Assembly: GCA_902786925.1 (NCBI GenBank)
Contig: CADAEK010000004.1
Coordinates: 25,939 to 89,938, forward strand
DNA from: an uncultured Bacteroidales bacterium
Lineage (GTDB): Bacteria > Bacteroidota > Bacteroidia > Bacteroidales > Bacteroidaceae
DNA: 64,000 nucleotides
Reading direction: 5' to 3'
Shown here: positions 56,483 to 64,000 of the stretch, piece by piece
Layout: every line of letters starts with the position of its first letter
Numbering within the stretch: the first letter of the stretch is position 1
Position numbers and translations under genes: made by a program
Notes under the pieces: model-generated
The model's input: only the letters and a program-made list of their open reading frames with translations
The model's database searches: none
Told to the model about the DNA's origin: nothing

Positions 56483-57577
56483 ATGATTTTAAAAAAATTG
56501 ACCATACTCAACTACAGAAACATTGCTACAGCAGAATTGACGTTCTCGCCCAAAATCAATTGCTTCGTAGGGCATAATGGTGAAGGAAAAACTAACGTGC
56601 TTGATGCCATCCACTTTTTATCCCTCACCAAAAGCACTGCTAATTCCATTGATTCGATGAACATACGCCATGGCGAAGAATTGATGATGGTACAAGGCAT
56701 TTATGATTTGAATGGCACTGAAGAAGAAATATCCATCGGATTGAAACTTCATCAGAAAAAGCATGTAAAACGAAATAAAAAAGAATACAAACGAATGGCA
56801 GAGCACATCGGGTTACTTCCTCTCATCATTGCCTCTCCTAATGATTCTGTCATTATTAGTGGAGGCAGCGAAGAACGCCGCCGCCTAATGGACATTGTCA
56901 TTTCACAATATGACCCTGAATACCTAACTGCTCTCAGCGCCTACAATAAAGCATTGCAACAGCGCAACGCTCTACTCAAAGCCGAAGAAGAGCCCCAACC
57001 CGAAATTCTCTCTTTGTTCGAAGAGATGATGGCCGAAAATGGAGAGCGCATTTATCAGAAACGGAATGCTTTCATAGAAGAATTTACACCCGTATTCCAA
57101 CATTTCTACCAACTCATTTCTAACGGCAACGAAGAAATCGGACTTTGCTATACAAGCCACTGCCAGCGTGGGGCACTGCTTCAAATTATCCAACGCGACC
57201 GCGCTAAAGACCGAATTATGGGCTATTCCTTACACGGAATCCATAAAGATGAGTTAGAAATGACCCTCAACGGCTATTCCATCAAGCGGGAAGGATCACA
57301 GGGACAGAACAAAACCTACATGTTAGCACTTAAGCTTGCTCAATTCGACTTTCTCAAGCGTACAGGAAGCAAGACTACCCCACTCCTATTACTAGATGAC
57401 ATTTTCGACAAGCTGGACGCACAACGTGTAGAGCAAATCGTAGACATTGTCTCCAGTGATGCCTTTGGGCAGATCTTTATCACAGACACAAACCGAGAGC
57501 ATCTGGACAAAATCCTAGAGCGTTCCCAAGGTAACTACAAGATTTTTCATGTAGAAAGTGGCCAAATCTGCGCATAG
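56483..57577 (+). CDS. recF: DNA replication and repair protein RecF
   Basis: 364 aa. It has the Walker A GHNGEGKTNVLDA, the signature GSQGQ and the Walker B LLLLDDIFDKLD. Confidence 0.95.
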   Translation: MILKKLTILNYRNIATAELTFSPKINCFVGHNGEGKTNVLDAIHFLSLTKSTANSIDSMNIRHGEELMMVQGIYDLNGTEEEISIGLKLHQKKHVKRNKKEYKRMAEHIGLLPLIIASPNDSVIISGGSEERRRLMDIVISQYDPEYLTALSAYNKALQQRNALLKAEEEPQPEILSLFEEMMAENGERIYQKRNAFIEEFTPVFQHFYQLISNGNEEIGLCYTSHCQRGALLQIIQRDRAKDRIMGYSLHGIHKDELEMTLNGYSIKREGSQGQNKTYMLALKLAQFDFLKRTGSKTTPLLLLDDIFDKLDAQRVEQIVDIVSSDAFGQIFITDTNREHLDKILERSQGNYKIFHVESGQICA

Positions 57578-57607
57578 CACACTATACCCGATAAAAGATG
57601 ATATCTT

Positions 57608-57898
57608 ATGAAAAAGAGTAACACTGAACGAATTGATTCTGTCATCCAACAGTTCATGCGAATCAATGGTATAGAAACGCCCTATAACCAATACAGACTA
57701 ATACAAGCTTGGCCTGAAGTAATGGGAGAATATATCGCTCAACACACGGACAATATTTTCATCAAGAACCAGACTCTGCACGTTCACATCACTTCACCCG
57801 CCATCAAACAGAACCTTCTTCTTGAACATCGTGCCATTGCCCAGCGCCTTAATCGCAAAGTAAACGCGCAAGTAATAGAAGATGTTCTTTTTTATTAA
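57608..57898 (+). CDS. DUF721 (DciA-like) protein
   Basis: 96 aa located immediately after recF. WPEVMGEYIAQHT ... L.V...S.A..QNL resembles DUF721. Confidence 0.7.
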   Translation: MKKSNTERIDSVIQQFMRINGIETPYNQYRLIQAWPEVMGEYIAQHTDNIFIKNQTLHVHITSPAIKQNLLLEHRAIAQRLNRKVNAQVIEDVLFY

Positions 57899-58058
57899 TA
57901 CGTCCCTTAACGGAATCAACAATTATGCTCTCGTACCCATATTGGCTTGTTAGCTAAACACAACTGAGCTATAAGGCAAGCCTATACGATACTATAAGGC
58001 AAAGCTATTCGGCATTTACGAGCAAACCTACCAGCATTAAAGAAGAACACAGAGAAGA

Positions 58059-58092
58059 GCACATATAGGGAACACTGCACCCCTATTTGTGC
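58059..58092 (+). terminator. Possible terminator hairpin after recF-DUF721
   Basis: 12-bp stem gcacatataggg / ccctatttgtgc with one mismatch and a downstream cttttt. It overlaps the stop codon of the convergent CNNM gene. Confidence 0.3.
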
Positions 58093-59162
58093 TGCTCTTT
58101 TTGCATTTGTTTCCATTGAGCCTTGGCCAATTCCTGCATATCCACAACCTCGTCCTTCTCATCCACAATTTCAAAGCCCAGCATTGTTTCAATCACATCT
58201 TCGAGTGTCACAATGCCACGAAGCGTCCCATACTCATCTATTATAATTGAGATATGCTCTTTCTTTTCCAGAAGTTTCTCCCAAATAGTAGAAACATCTT
58301 CATCTTCAGAGAAAGAAAGTATTGGACGCGCCAATTCGCTCAGCCGTGTATCAAATTTATCTTCAGCCAATCGTTCCAGAATCTCCTGACGAAGCACATA
58401 GCCTGTGATATAATCGCTTTCTTCACCCTTATATACGGGGATACGAGAGAAATTCTTAAACTCTTCATCTTGATAGAATTCACGAAGTGTCATGCCCTCT
58501 TCTGCCATACTCACCACAACACTCGGAGTCATAATCTCGTGCGCAGCCACACTATCCAACTTCAAAAGATTCTGGATCATTCGGTTTTCTTTCTTTTCCA
58601 ACACACCTTCTTCCGTACCCACTGTCACCATTGCAGCAACCTCATCACGTGTCAAGGATTCTTGAGCAGAAGAAGAGCCGAGGACATGAGTGACTTTCTC
58701 TAACAAGAGCACAAGCACATAAGTAATCAGCACATACACATGAATGATGCGGCTAGCTGGGATTGCTAATTTACGCCAATATGTAGATCCGATTGTTTTA
58801 GGTACTATTTCAGAGAAAACTAATATCAGAAATGTAAAAATACCGGAAACAGTACCCACGAACAGACTCGTTTCATCCGATGCCGCATAATGTGTTGCTG
58901 CATAGCCTGCCGCTTGAGAGCCAACAAGTGACGCACCCACAGTATTCGCAATTGTATTGACTATGAGGATTGCGGAAATCGGCCGGTCTATATTTGCTTT
59001 GTATTGCTTTAAACGCTGCCACCCTCTAGCATTTTGTGCCTCAAGCGTAGTTATATACGACATTGGGGTGGAAAGTATTGTTGCTTCGAGCACAGAGCAT
59101 AGTGCCGAGATGATCAACGACAGCAACATGTAAATTAACATAAGTGTTATCTGAGGGTCCAT
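58083..59162 (-). CDS. CNNM/DUF21 transmembrane domain plus CBS-pair protein (hemolysin-family annotation)
   Basis: 359 aa with four N-terminal TM helices (DUF21-like) followed by two CBS-like repeats. It has no CorC/TlyC C-terminal domain. Confidence 0.8.
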   Translation of the reverse strand: MDPQITLMLIYMLLSLIISALCSVLEATILSTPMSYITTLEAQNARGWQRLKQYKANIDRPISAILIVNTIANTVGASLVGSQAAGYAATHYAASDETSLFVGTVSGIFTFLILVFSEIVPKTIGSTYWRKLAIPASRIIHVYVLITYVLVLLLEKVTHVLGSSSAQESLTRDEVAAMVTVGTEEGVLEKKENRMIQNLLKLDSVAAHEIMTPSVVVSMAEEGMTLREFYQDEEFKNFSRIPVYKGEESDYITGYVLRQEILERLAEDKFDTRLSELARPILSFSEDEDVSTIWEKLLEKKEHISIIIDEYGTLRGIVTLEDVIETMLGFEIVDEKDEVVDMQELAKAQWKQMQKEQHK

Positions 59163-59268
59163 GATGCTGTTGAATCGTTAATTATTTCTTTTACCAAAAA
59201 AGTTGCAAGGCGGCCACTGTTGTCCGCCGGATAACTATCTGGGTCCATTGTAAAATATTTAGTTAATA

Positions 59269-59931
59269 CTAAAGTTTATCACCGTAAGCGAGGTCTCCCG
59301 CATCCCCTAAACCAGGAACAATGTAACATTGCCCATCCAATTCCGGGTCAATTGCAGCGCACCACAATGTAACATTATCATAATCCGCAAACGCCTTTTT
59401 TATGAAATCAACGCCTTTCTGAGCGGCAATAACGCAACACAAATGCACAGTTGCAGGAACTCCCTTGGTACAGAATGCATGATAGGCCAGCTCCGAGCTT
59501 CCCCCTGTGGCCAACATAGGGTCGGCTATGATAAGAGTTTTATCTTTCAAATCGGGCGATGCTATATATTCTATTTTAATTCCCACATTCTTGCATTCTT
59601 TATCTTTATAGTAGCGATATGCAGACACGAAGGCATTACCAGCATGGTCAAAGACATCAAGGAAGCCCTGATGGAACGGTAGTCCCGCACGGAATATAGT
59701 GGACAGTACTATCTCATTGTCCGGAGTAACCGCCTTTGCCATCGCCAATGGCGTTTGAACGCTTTTCTCAGAATACTTCAATGTTTTACTGATCTCATAA
59801 GCCATCATCTGACCTATGCGAGCCAAGTTATACCTAAAACGAGCACGATCATTTTGAACTTTCACATCACGCAATTCCGCTACATATTGATTAATGATCG
59901 TGTTTTGTTTCGCAAAATTAATTACCTTCAT
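59269..59931 (-). CDS. upp: Uracil phosphoribosyltransferase
   Basis: 220 aa. It has the PRPP-binding LIIADPMLATGGS and the C-terminal YIVPGLGDAGD. Confidence 0.95.
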   Translation of the reverse strand: MKVINFAKQNTIINQYVAELRDVKVQNDRARFRYNLARIGQMMAYEISKTLKYSEKSVQTPLAMAKAVTPDNEIVLSTIFRAGLPFHQGFLDVFDHAGNAFVSAYRYYKDKECKNVGIKIEYIASPDLKDKTLIIADPMLATGGSSELAYHAFCTKGVPATVHLCCVIAAQKGVDFIKKAFADYDNVTLWCAAIDPELDGQCYIVPGLGDAGDLAYGDKL

Positions 59932-59985
59932 TGGATATATGATTTACAGGCTTATGCAACCTTTTATTCCTTTAATTTCTTCATG

Positions 59986-59993
59986 CAAAGTTA
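59986..59993 (-). promoter_or_regulatory. -7 promoter box (TAACTTTG on minus strand) for upp
   Basis: Plus-strand caaagtta, 54 nt upstream of the ATG at 59931. Confidence 0.5.
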
Positions 59994-60088
59994 TAGATTA
60001 ATTTTCATATTTACCATTTTGAAGGCATGAAAAAATCTCTTTATCAAAAAAACAGCTATAAAAAGCCCTCTTGTCTCGCTTTTTTGTG

Positions 60089-60096
60089 TACCTTTG
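60089..60096 (+). promoter_or_regulatory. -7 promoter box TACCTTTG for the hypothetical gene at 60191
   Basis: TAnnTTTG match 94 nt upstream of the ATG at 60191. Confidence 0.45.
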
Positions 60097-60190
60097 CACA
60101 CAAATAATTATATAATTTGTGGTTTTCCATCCATTTCGGACATAGGAACGACAGACAAAAGCAATTTCATCCATACATTAATATATACAA

Positions 60191-60835
60191 ATGGCTTTAT
60201 TAGATATTTTCAAAAAGAAGCAAAAGGAAAACATAGGCGGCATGGAAGATTTCATGACTTTGATTCGCGTGTACTTCCAAAGCGTTTTGGCAGCGAATCT
60301 GGGCATTTCGAACTTAGCTGCCCTTCCTGACCTTCTTACTTTTAAGCGCACACTCCATGTGGCCACCGTCAACAACAGGTTAGGATTAGGAGAGAAAAAG
60401 GCATGTGCCAAAATGCTTCAGGACCTTTATGGCATCAGCGACAATTTCTTCAAAGAAATAGATCTCAGCATCAAAAAAGGATGTCGTACCCAAAATGATG
60501 TAAGCCGATACCTTTATCTCTTCCAAGGATTCACACAAGACTTGATGATGCTGATTGGAAACCAACTAAAATGGAAGTTCCGAATTCCAGGATTCTTGAA
60601 GAAGCTCTTTAAGAAAGTGACCGACAGCACCGTCCATGACATTCTCACCAAGGATTCCTGGAACGACGGTAGCACGACCAAGGCCGTCTTCTCAGTACGC
60701 AAATACCAGCAAATGCTCGGTTTCAGTGAAGCTTGGATACAGGAATATGTATACAACCTTATCACTTTGGCAAAGAAAGAACCTACGCCTTCTAATGAAG
60801 AAGTAGCAAAAGCTGAAGCCAAAATGAAAAAGTAA
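60191..60835 (+). CDS. Hypothetical cytoplasmic protein (no family recognised)
   Basis: 214-aa ORF with its own promoter box. It has no signal peptide or TM segment and is helical and Lys-rich. I recognise no motif in it. Confidence 0.55.
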   Translation: MALLDIFKKKQKENIGGMEDFMTLIRVYFQSVLAANLGISNLAALPDLLTFKRTLHVATVNNRLGLGEKKACAKMLQDLYGISDNFFKEIDLSIKKGCRTQNDVSRYLYLFQGFTQDLMMLIGNQLKWKFRIPGFLKKLFKKVTDSTVHDILTKDSWNDGSTTKAVFSVRKYQQMLGFSEAWIQEYVYNLITLAKKEPTPSNEEVAKAEAKMKK

Positions 60836-60942
60836 GAAGATAGAACGCTGACAATCGGCACAAAAAGCACCTCCTTCTCATCTTTTTCCACATCTCACGA
60901 GAAAAAAAAGACAAAAAGGTTGGTACTATTCTATCAAATGCA

Positions 60943-60950
60943 TATATTTG
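60943..60950 (+). promoter_or_regulatory. -7 promoter box TATATTTG for the coiled-coil/zapA/rny cluster
   Basis: TAnnTTTG match 41 nt upstream of the ATG at 60992. Confidence 0.45.
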
Positions 60951-60991
60951 CATAAAATTGTTGTATCATCCGTGTTAAAAGCACACACCTC

Positions 60992-61321
60992 ATGACAGCA
61001 GAAGAAAGACAGTCAATGAAGAATTTTGAAGCAAAGGTCCGTCAAGCCATTGCTCAATTCCGTGTGCTAAAGCAAGAAAATGCTGATCTCTATACAGAAT
61101 TAGAGAACAGGGATGAAGAAATCCGAAAGCTAAAAGCCTCTTTGGCACAAAGCCAGAACGATTACAACAATCTGAAATTGGCCAAAATGATTGAAGTCAG
61201 CGATGCCGACATCAAGGAATCGAAGATGAAAATCAGCCGTTTGGTTCGAGAGATTAACAAGTGTATCAATATCTTATCCGCCAGCTCCGAAGAGGAAAAT
61301 GGTAGTGATATAGAAGGCTAA
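60992..61321 (+). CDS. Small coiled-coil protein (possible ZapB-like division factor)
   Basis: 109 aa with a heptad-like, charged sequence (LKQENADLYTELENRDEEIRKLKASLAQSQNDYNNLKL). It lies directly upstream of zapA. Confidence 0.5.
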   Translation: MTAEERQSMKNFEAKVRQAIAQFRVLKQENADLYTELENRDEEIRKLKASLAQSQNDYNNLKLAKMIEVSDADIKESKMKISRLVREINKCINILSASSEEENGSDIEG

Positions 61322-61387
61322 GCGAATTCCCTCCTATATAATATATTATAGACGTAAGAAACGCTAACCTAATAATAGTACAAAAGC

Positions 61388-61681
61388 ATGACAGATAAAC
61401 TGAGTCTCAACGTCACCATTGAAGGTATCCGGCTTCCTCTTCAGGTTTCATCACCCGATGAGGAAAAGATCTATCGTGACGCAGCATCTGCCATCCAGCG
61501 CCGCATTCAGCGTTTACGCGACATGTACCCACAGATGCCAAATGAAAAGTACTATTATGCAATGGCCATGTTAAATACTGCCGTAGAGGCAGTTAAAGCG
61601 ACAGACAGACTTGACACACAGCCCTATGTTGAAATGATGCATGACCTCGAGCAAGAACTCGACACACTTGAAATCAAATAA
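61388..61681 (+). CDS. zapA: Cell division protein ZapA
   Basis: 97 aa. The size, the position before rny and the IEGIRLPLQVSSPDEEKIYRDAA ... AMAMLNTA region resemble Bacteroidales ZapA. Confidence 0.75.
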   Translation: MTDKLSLNVTIEGIRLPLQVSSPDEEKIYRDAASAIQRRIQRLRDMYPQMPNEKYYYAMAMLNTAVEAVKATDRLDTQPYVEMMHDLEQELDTLEIK

Positions 61682-61752
61682 ATCCTGTAACAGCTCTACA
61701 CACCACATATAAAATAGTGTTCCAAAGCTGTTACCCCTAGCAAGAACTTTAC

Positions 61753-61810
61753 GGCACAATTTCAGGTATTCACATAACACATCGTGTGAAGAACTTGATT
61801 GTGCCTTTTT
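61753..61810 (+). promoter_or_regulatory. Structured element with a U-run in the zapA-rny spacer (attenuator or terminator candidate)
   Basis: An outer 8-bp stem ggcacaat / attgtgcc encloses an inner hairpin tcaca...tgtga and is followed by ttttt. It ends 27 nt before the rny ATG. Confidence 0.35.
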
Positions 61811-61836
61811 GTATAACTAAAAAACAAACTAAACAA

Positions 61837-63357
61837 ATGGATATCATATTAGCAATAAGCATTGCGGTTGGTTGCTTGATTATAGGTGGAGTAATAGGAT
61901 TTGTACTATTCCGCTATATCATCAAACAAAAGTACAATCAGATTATCAAAGAAGCCCAGATTGAAGCTGAAACCCTTAAAGAGAAGAAGCAGTTGGAGTT
62001 GAAAGAGAAATTCTTGAATCGCAAAGCAGAACTCGATAAGGAAGCCAATCAACGCAATCAGAAAATGCAGTCGTTTGAGAACAAACTCAAACAGCGCGAA
62101 CTGACACTCAATCAACAGCACGAAGAAGTACAGAAAAAGATGAATGACATTGAGTCTCAGCGTAACAATCTTTCCAAGCAGCAAGAGAAGCTGGACGCAC
62201 TGATAGTCGACCAGCGTTCCAAGCTAGAGGCTATCTCTGGACTTACTACAGAAGAGGCACGCGAGTCACTCATCGAATCGCTCAAAGACGAGGCCAAGAC
62301 CCAAGCCCAGCAATACATCAATGAGATCATGGATGAAGCCAAGATGACAGCCAACAAGGAGGCTAAGAAAATTGTCATCCAGTCCATCCAGCGTGTTGCA
62401 AGTGAAACTGCCGTTGAGAACTCTGTCAGCGTATTCCACATAGATTCTGACGAAGTGAAAGGCCGCGTCATTGGTCGTGAAGGCCGTAACATCCGTGCTC
62501 TTGAAGCAGCAACTGGCACAGAGATTGTTGTGGATGACACACCGGAAGCAATTGTCATAAGTGCCTTCGACCCCGTACGCCGTGAGATTTGCCGCCTGGC
62601 TCTCCACCAGTTGGTTGCCGACGGACGCATTCACCCTGCACGCATCGAGGAAGTTGTCGCTAAAGTAAAGAAGCAAATTGAAGAAGAGATTATCGAGACA
62701 GGTAAACGCACAACAATCGACCTCGGTATTCATGGCCTGCATCCTGAACTGATTCGCATTGTAGGTAAAATGAAATATCGTTCATCTTACGGACAGAACC
62801 TCTTGCAACATGCACGCGAAACAGCCAACCTCTGCGCTGTCATGGCTGCAGAATTAGGTCTCAATCCGAAGAAAGCTCGCCGTGCAGGCCTTTTGCACGA
62901 TATAGGCAAGGTGCCAGACGAGCAATTGGAAATTCCTCACGCACTTTATGGCGCACAGATTGCCGAGAAGTATAAAGAAAAGCCCGACATTTGCAACGCC
63001 ATTGGTGCTCACCACGATGAAATGGAGATGACGACTCTGCTTGCTCCTATCGTACAGGTGTGCGACGCTATCAGTGGTGCACGTCCTGGTGCACGTCGCG
63101 AAATCGTCGAAGCATACATCAAGCGTCTCAATGACCTCGAGAATTTGGCAGCCAGCTACCCCGGTGTTACTAAGACTTATGCCATTCAGGCAGGTCGCGA
63201 GCTCCGCGTCATTGTTGGTGCCGACAAGATTTCCGATAAGGACATTGATGCACTCAGTGCAGACATCGCCAAGAAGATTCAGGACGAAATGACCTATCCT
63301 GGCCAAGTTAAAATTACTGTTATCCGCGAAACTCGCGCTGTCGCCTTCGCAAAATAA
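61837..63357 (+). CDS. rny: Ribonuclease Y
   Basis: The start was moved to [18 protein letters not shown] (N-terminal TM helix). It has a coiled coil, a KH domain ([15 protein letters not shown]) and an HD domain (LLHDIGK). Confidence 0.95.
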   Translation: MDIILAISIAVGCLIIGGVIGFVLFRYIIKQKYNQIIKEAQIEAETLKEKKQLELKEKFLNRKAELDKEANQRNQKMQSFENKLKQRELTLNQQHEEVQKKMNDIESQRNNLSKQQEKLDALIVDQRSKLEAISGLTTEEARESLIESLKDEAKTQAQQYINEIMDEAKMTANKEAKKIVIQSIQRVASETAVENSVSVFHIDSDEVKGRVIGREGRNIRALEAATGTEIVVDDTPEAIVISAFDPVRREICRLALHQLVADGRIHPARIEEVVAKVKKQIEEEIIETGKRTTIDLGIHGLHPELIRIVGKMKYRSSYGQNLLQHARETANLCAVMAAELGLNPKKARRAGLLHDIGKVPDEQLEIPHALYGAQIAEKYKEKPDICNAIGAHHDEMEMTTLLAPIVQVCDAISGARPGARREIVEAYIKRLNDLENLAASYPGVTKTYAIQAGRELRVIVGADKISDKDIDALSADIAKKIQDEMTYPGQVKITVIRETRAVAFAK

Positions 63358-63379
63358 CAACCACCCACATACAAAGACA

Positions 63380-64000
63380 ATGAAAAAGTCCCTTTTTACA
63401 TTGTTCATAACGATAAGTTTAAGCACCTTTGCCCAATCGCCAGATTTGGGCAAAGGTGTTACCTTTTTTGCCGAAACTTCAGGAACTCTTTCCGATGGAA
63501 GTCATGCCCCCTTCTGGCTCACAGCCAACAAGTATGGCCTTTCATCAGTGGAACGAAATTCTGGCTATGTGCGAGGTGGGCTCTCTCGCAGCACCACAAA
63601 TGACTCCACACGTCGTTGGGACATCGGATATGGGGCAGATTTCGTAGTACCTGCCAACTACACGAGCGACTTCGTTGTACAACAACTTTATGCAGATGTA
63701 CGCTGGCTGAGAGGAGAGCTCACCATTGGTCAGAAGCAACAGCCCATGCAACTAAAGAACAATGAGTTGAGCAGCGGTTCACAAACCTTCGGTATCAATG
63801 CCCGCCCCTACCCTGAAGTACGTCTATCTCTGCCCGACTATTGGGAGATCCCTGGTACCAAGGGCTTTTTGTCATTCAAGGGACACATAGCATGGGGCAT
63901 GTACACAGACAATCGCTTTCAACGGAACTTCACCCAGGGTCTGACTGATTACGACCAAAATGTACTGATGCACACCAAGGCCGGATATTTACGGATAGGC
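63380..64000 (+). CDS. Secreted outer-membrane protein, N-terminal part (possibly capsule assembly Wzi family); runs off the right edge
   Basis: My translation from the ATG at 63380 is open to the window end: MKKSLFTLFITISLSTFAQS...SDGSHAPFWLTANKYGLSS... It has a signal peptide. The Wzi resemblance is from memory only. Confidence 0.45.
   Translation, partial: MKKSLFTLFITISLSTFAQSPDLGKGVTFFAETSGTLSDGSHAPFWLTANKYGLSSVERNSGYVRGGLSRSTTNDSTRRWDIGYGADFVVPANYTSDFVVQQLYADVRWLRGELTIGQKQQPMQLKNNELSSGSQTFGINARPYPEVRLSLPDYWEIPGTKGFLSFKGHIAWGMYTDNRFQRNFTQGLTDYDQNVLMHTKAGYLRIG

Noticed and set aside
1-64000. Mobile elements, prophage, defence islands, toxin-antitoxin pairs and CRISPR
   Set aside because: I found no integrase, transposase, recombinase, phage structural gene, restriction/modification gene or cas-like ORF. 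There are no long terminal repeats. The only tRNA has no adjacent integrase or direct repeat.

Overview
This window looks like a core chromosomal segment of a Bacteroidales genome, probably Prevotella/Segatella-like. That is an inference from the protein families and from about 25 matches to the Bacteroidetes -7 promoter box TAnnTTTG upstream of genes. I support about 57 protein genes, one tRNA-Gly(CCC), two pseudogenes or gene remnants, about 15 hairpin terminators and two non-coding repeat elements. Housekeeping content includes lysS, truA, fba, rpmE (type B), rpsP, miaA, recF plus DUF721, upp, zapA and rny. It also includes an rseC-rnfBCDGEA electron-transport operon, a glycogen operon (GH57 / GT4 synthase / debranching enzyme) and scattered polysaccharide genes (GT2, GT4, Wzx, ManC, Wzi-like). 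I see no rRNA, CRISPR array, transposase, integrase, prophage or recognisable defence genes. The best candidate for an undescribed system is a four-gene envelope operon at 7726-15154. It has two paralogous polytopic membrane proteins bracketing a CxxCH/PD40 lipoprotein, followed by an S9B dipeptidyl peptidase. Other points worth a second look: a glutathione peroxidase gene broken by one in-frame TAA; a 170-bp array of eight 21-bp A-tract repeats against the MATE promoter; three 17-bp palindromes with a U-run that could be a small RNA or a REP-like element; the uncharacterised GGGtGRT/NifU-like pair; an HExxH protein coupled to GH97; a PAP2 phosphatase with a beta-barrel-like C-terminus; and a truncated GT2 duplicate. 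All functional calls come from reading the translations by eye. No database search was run.
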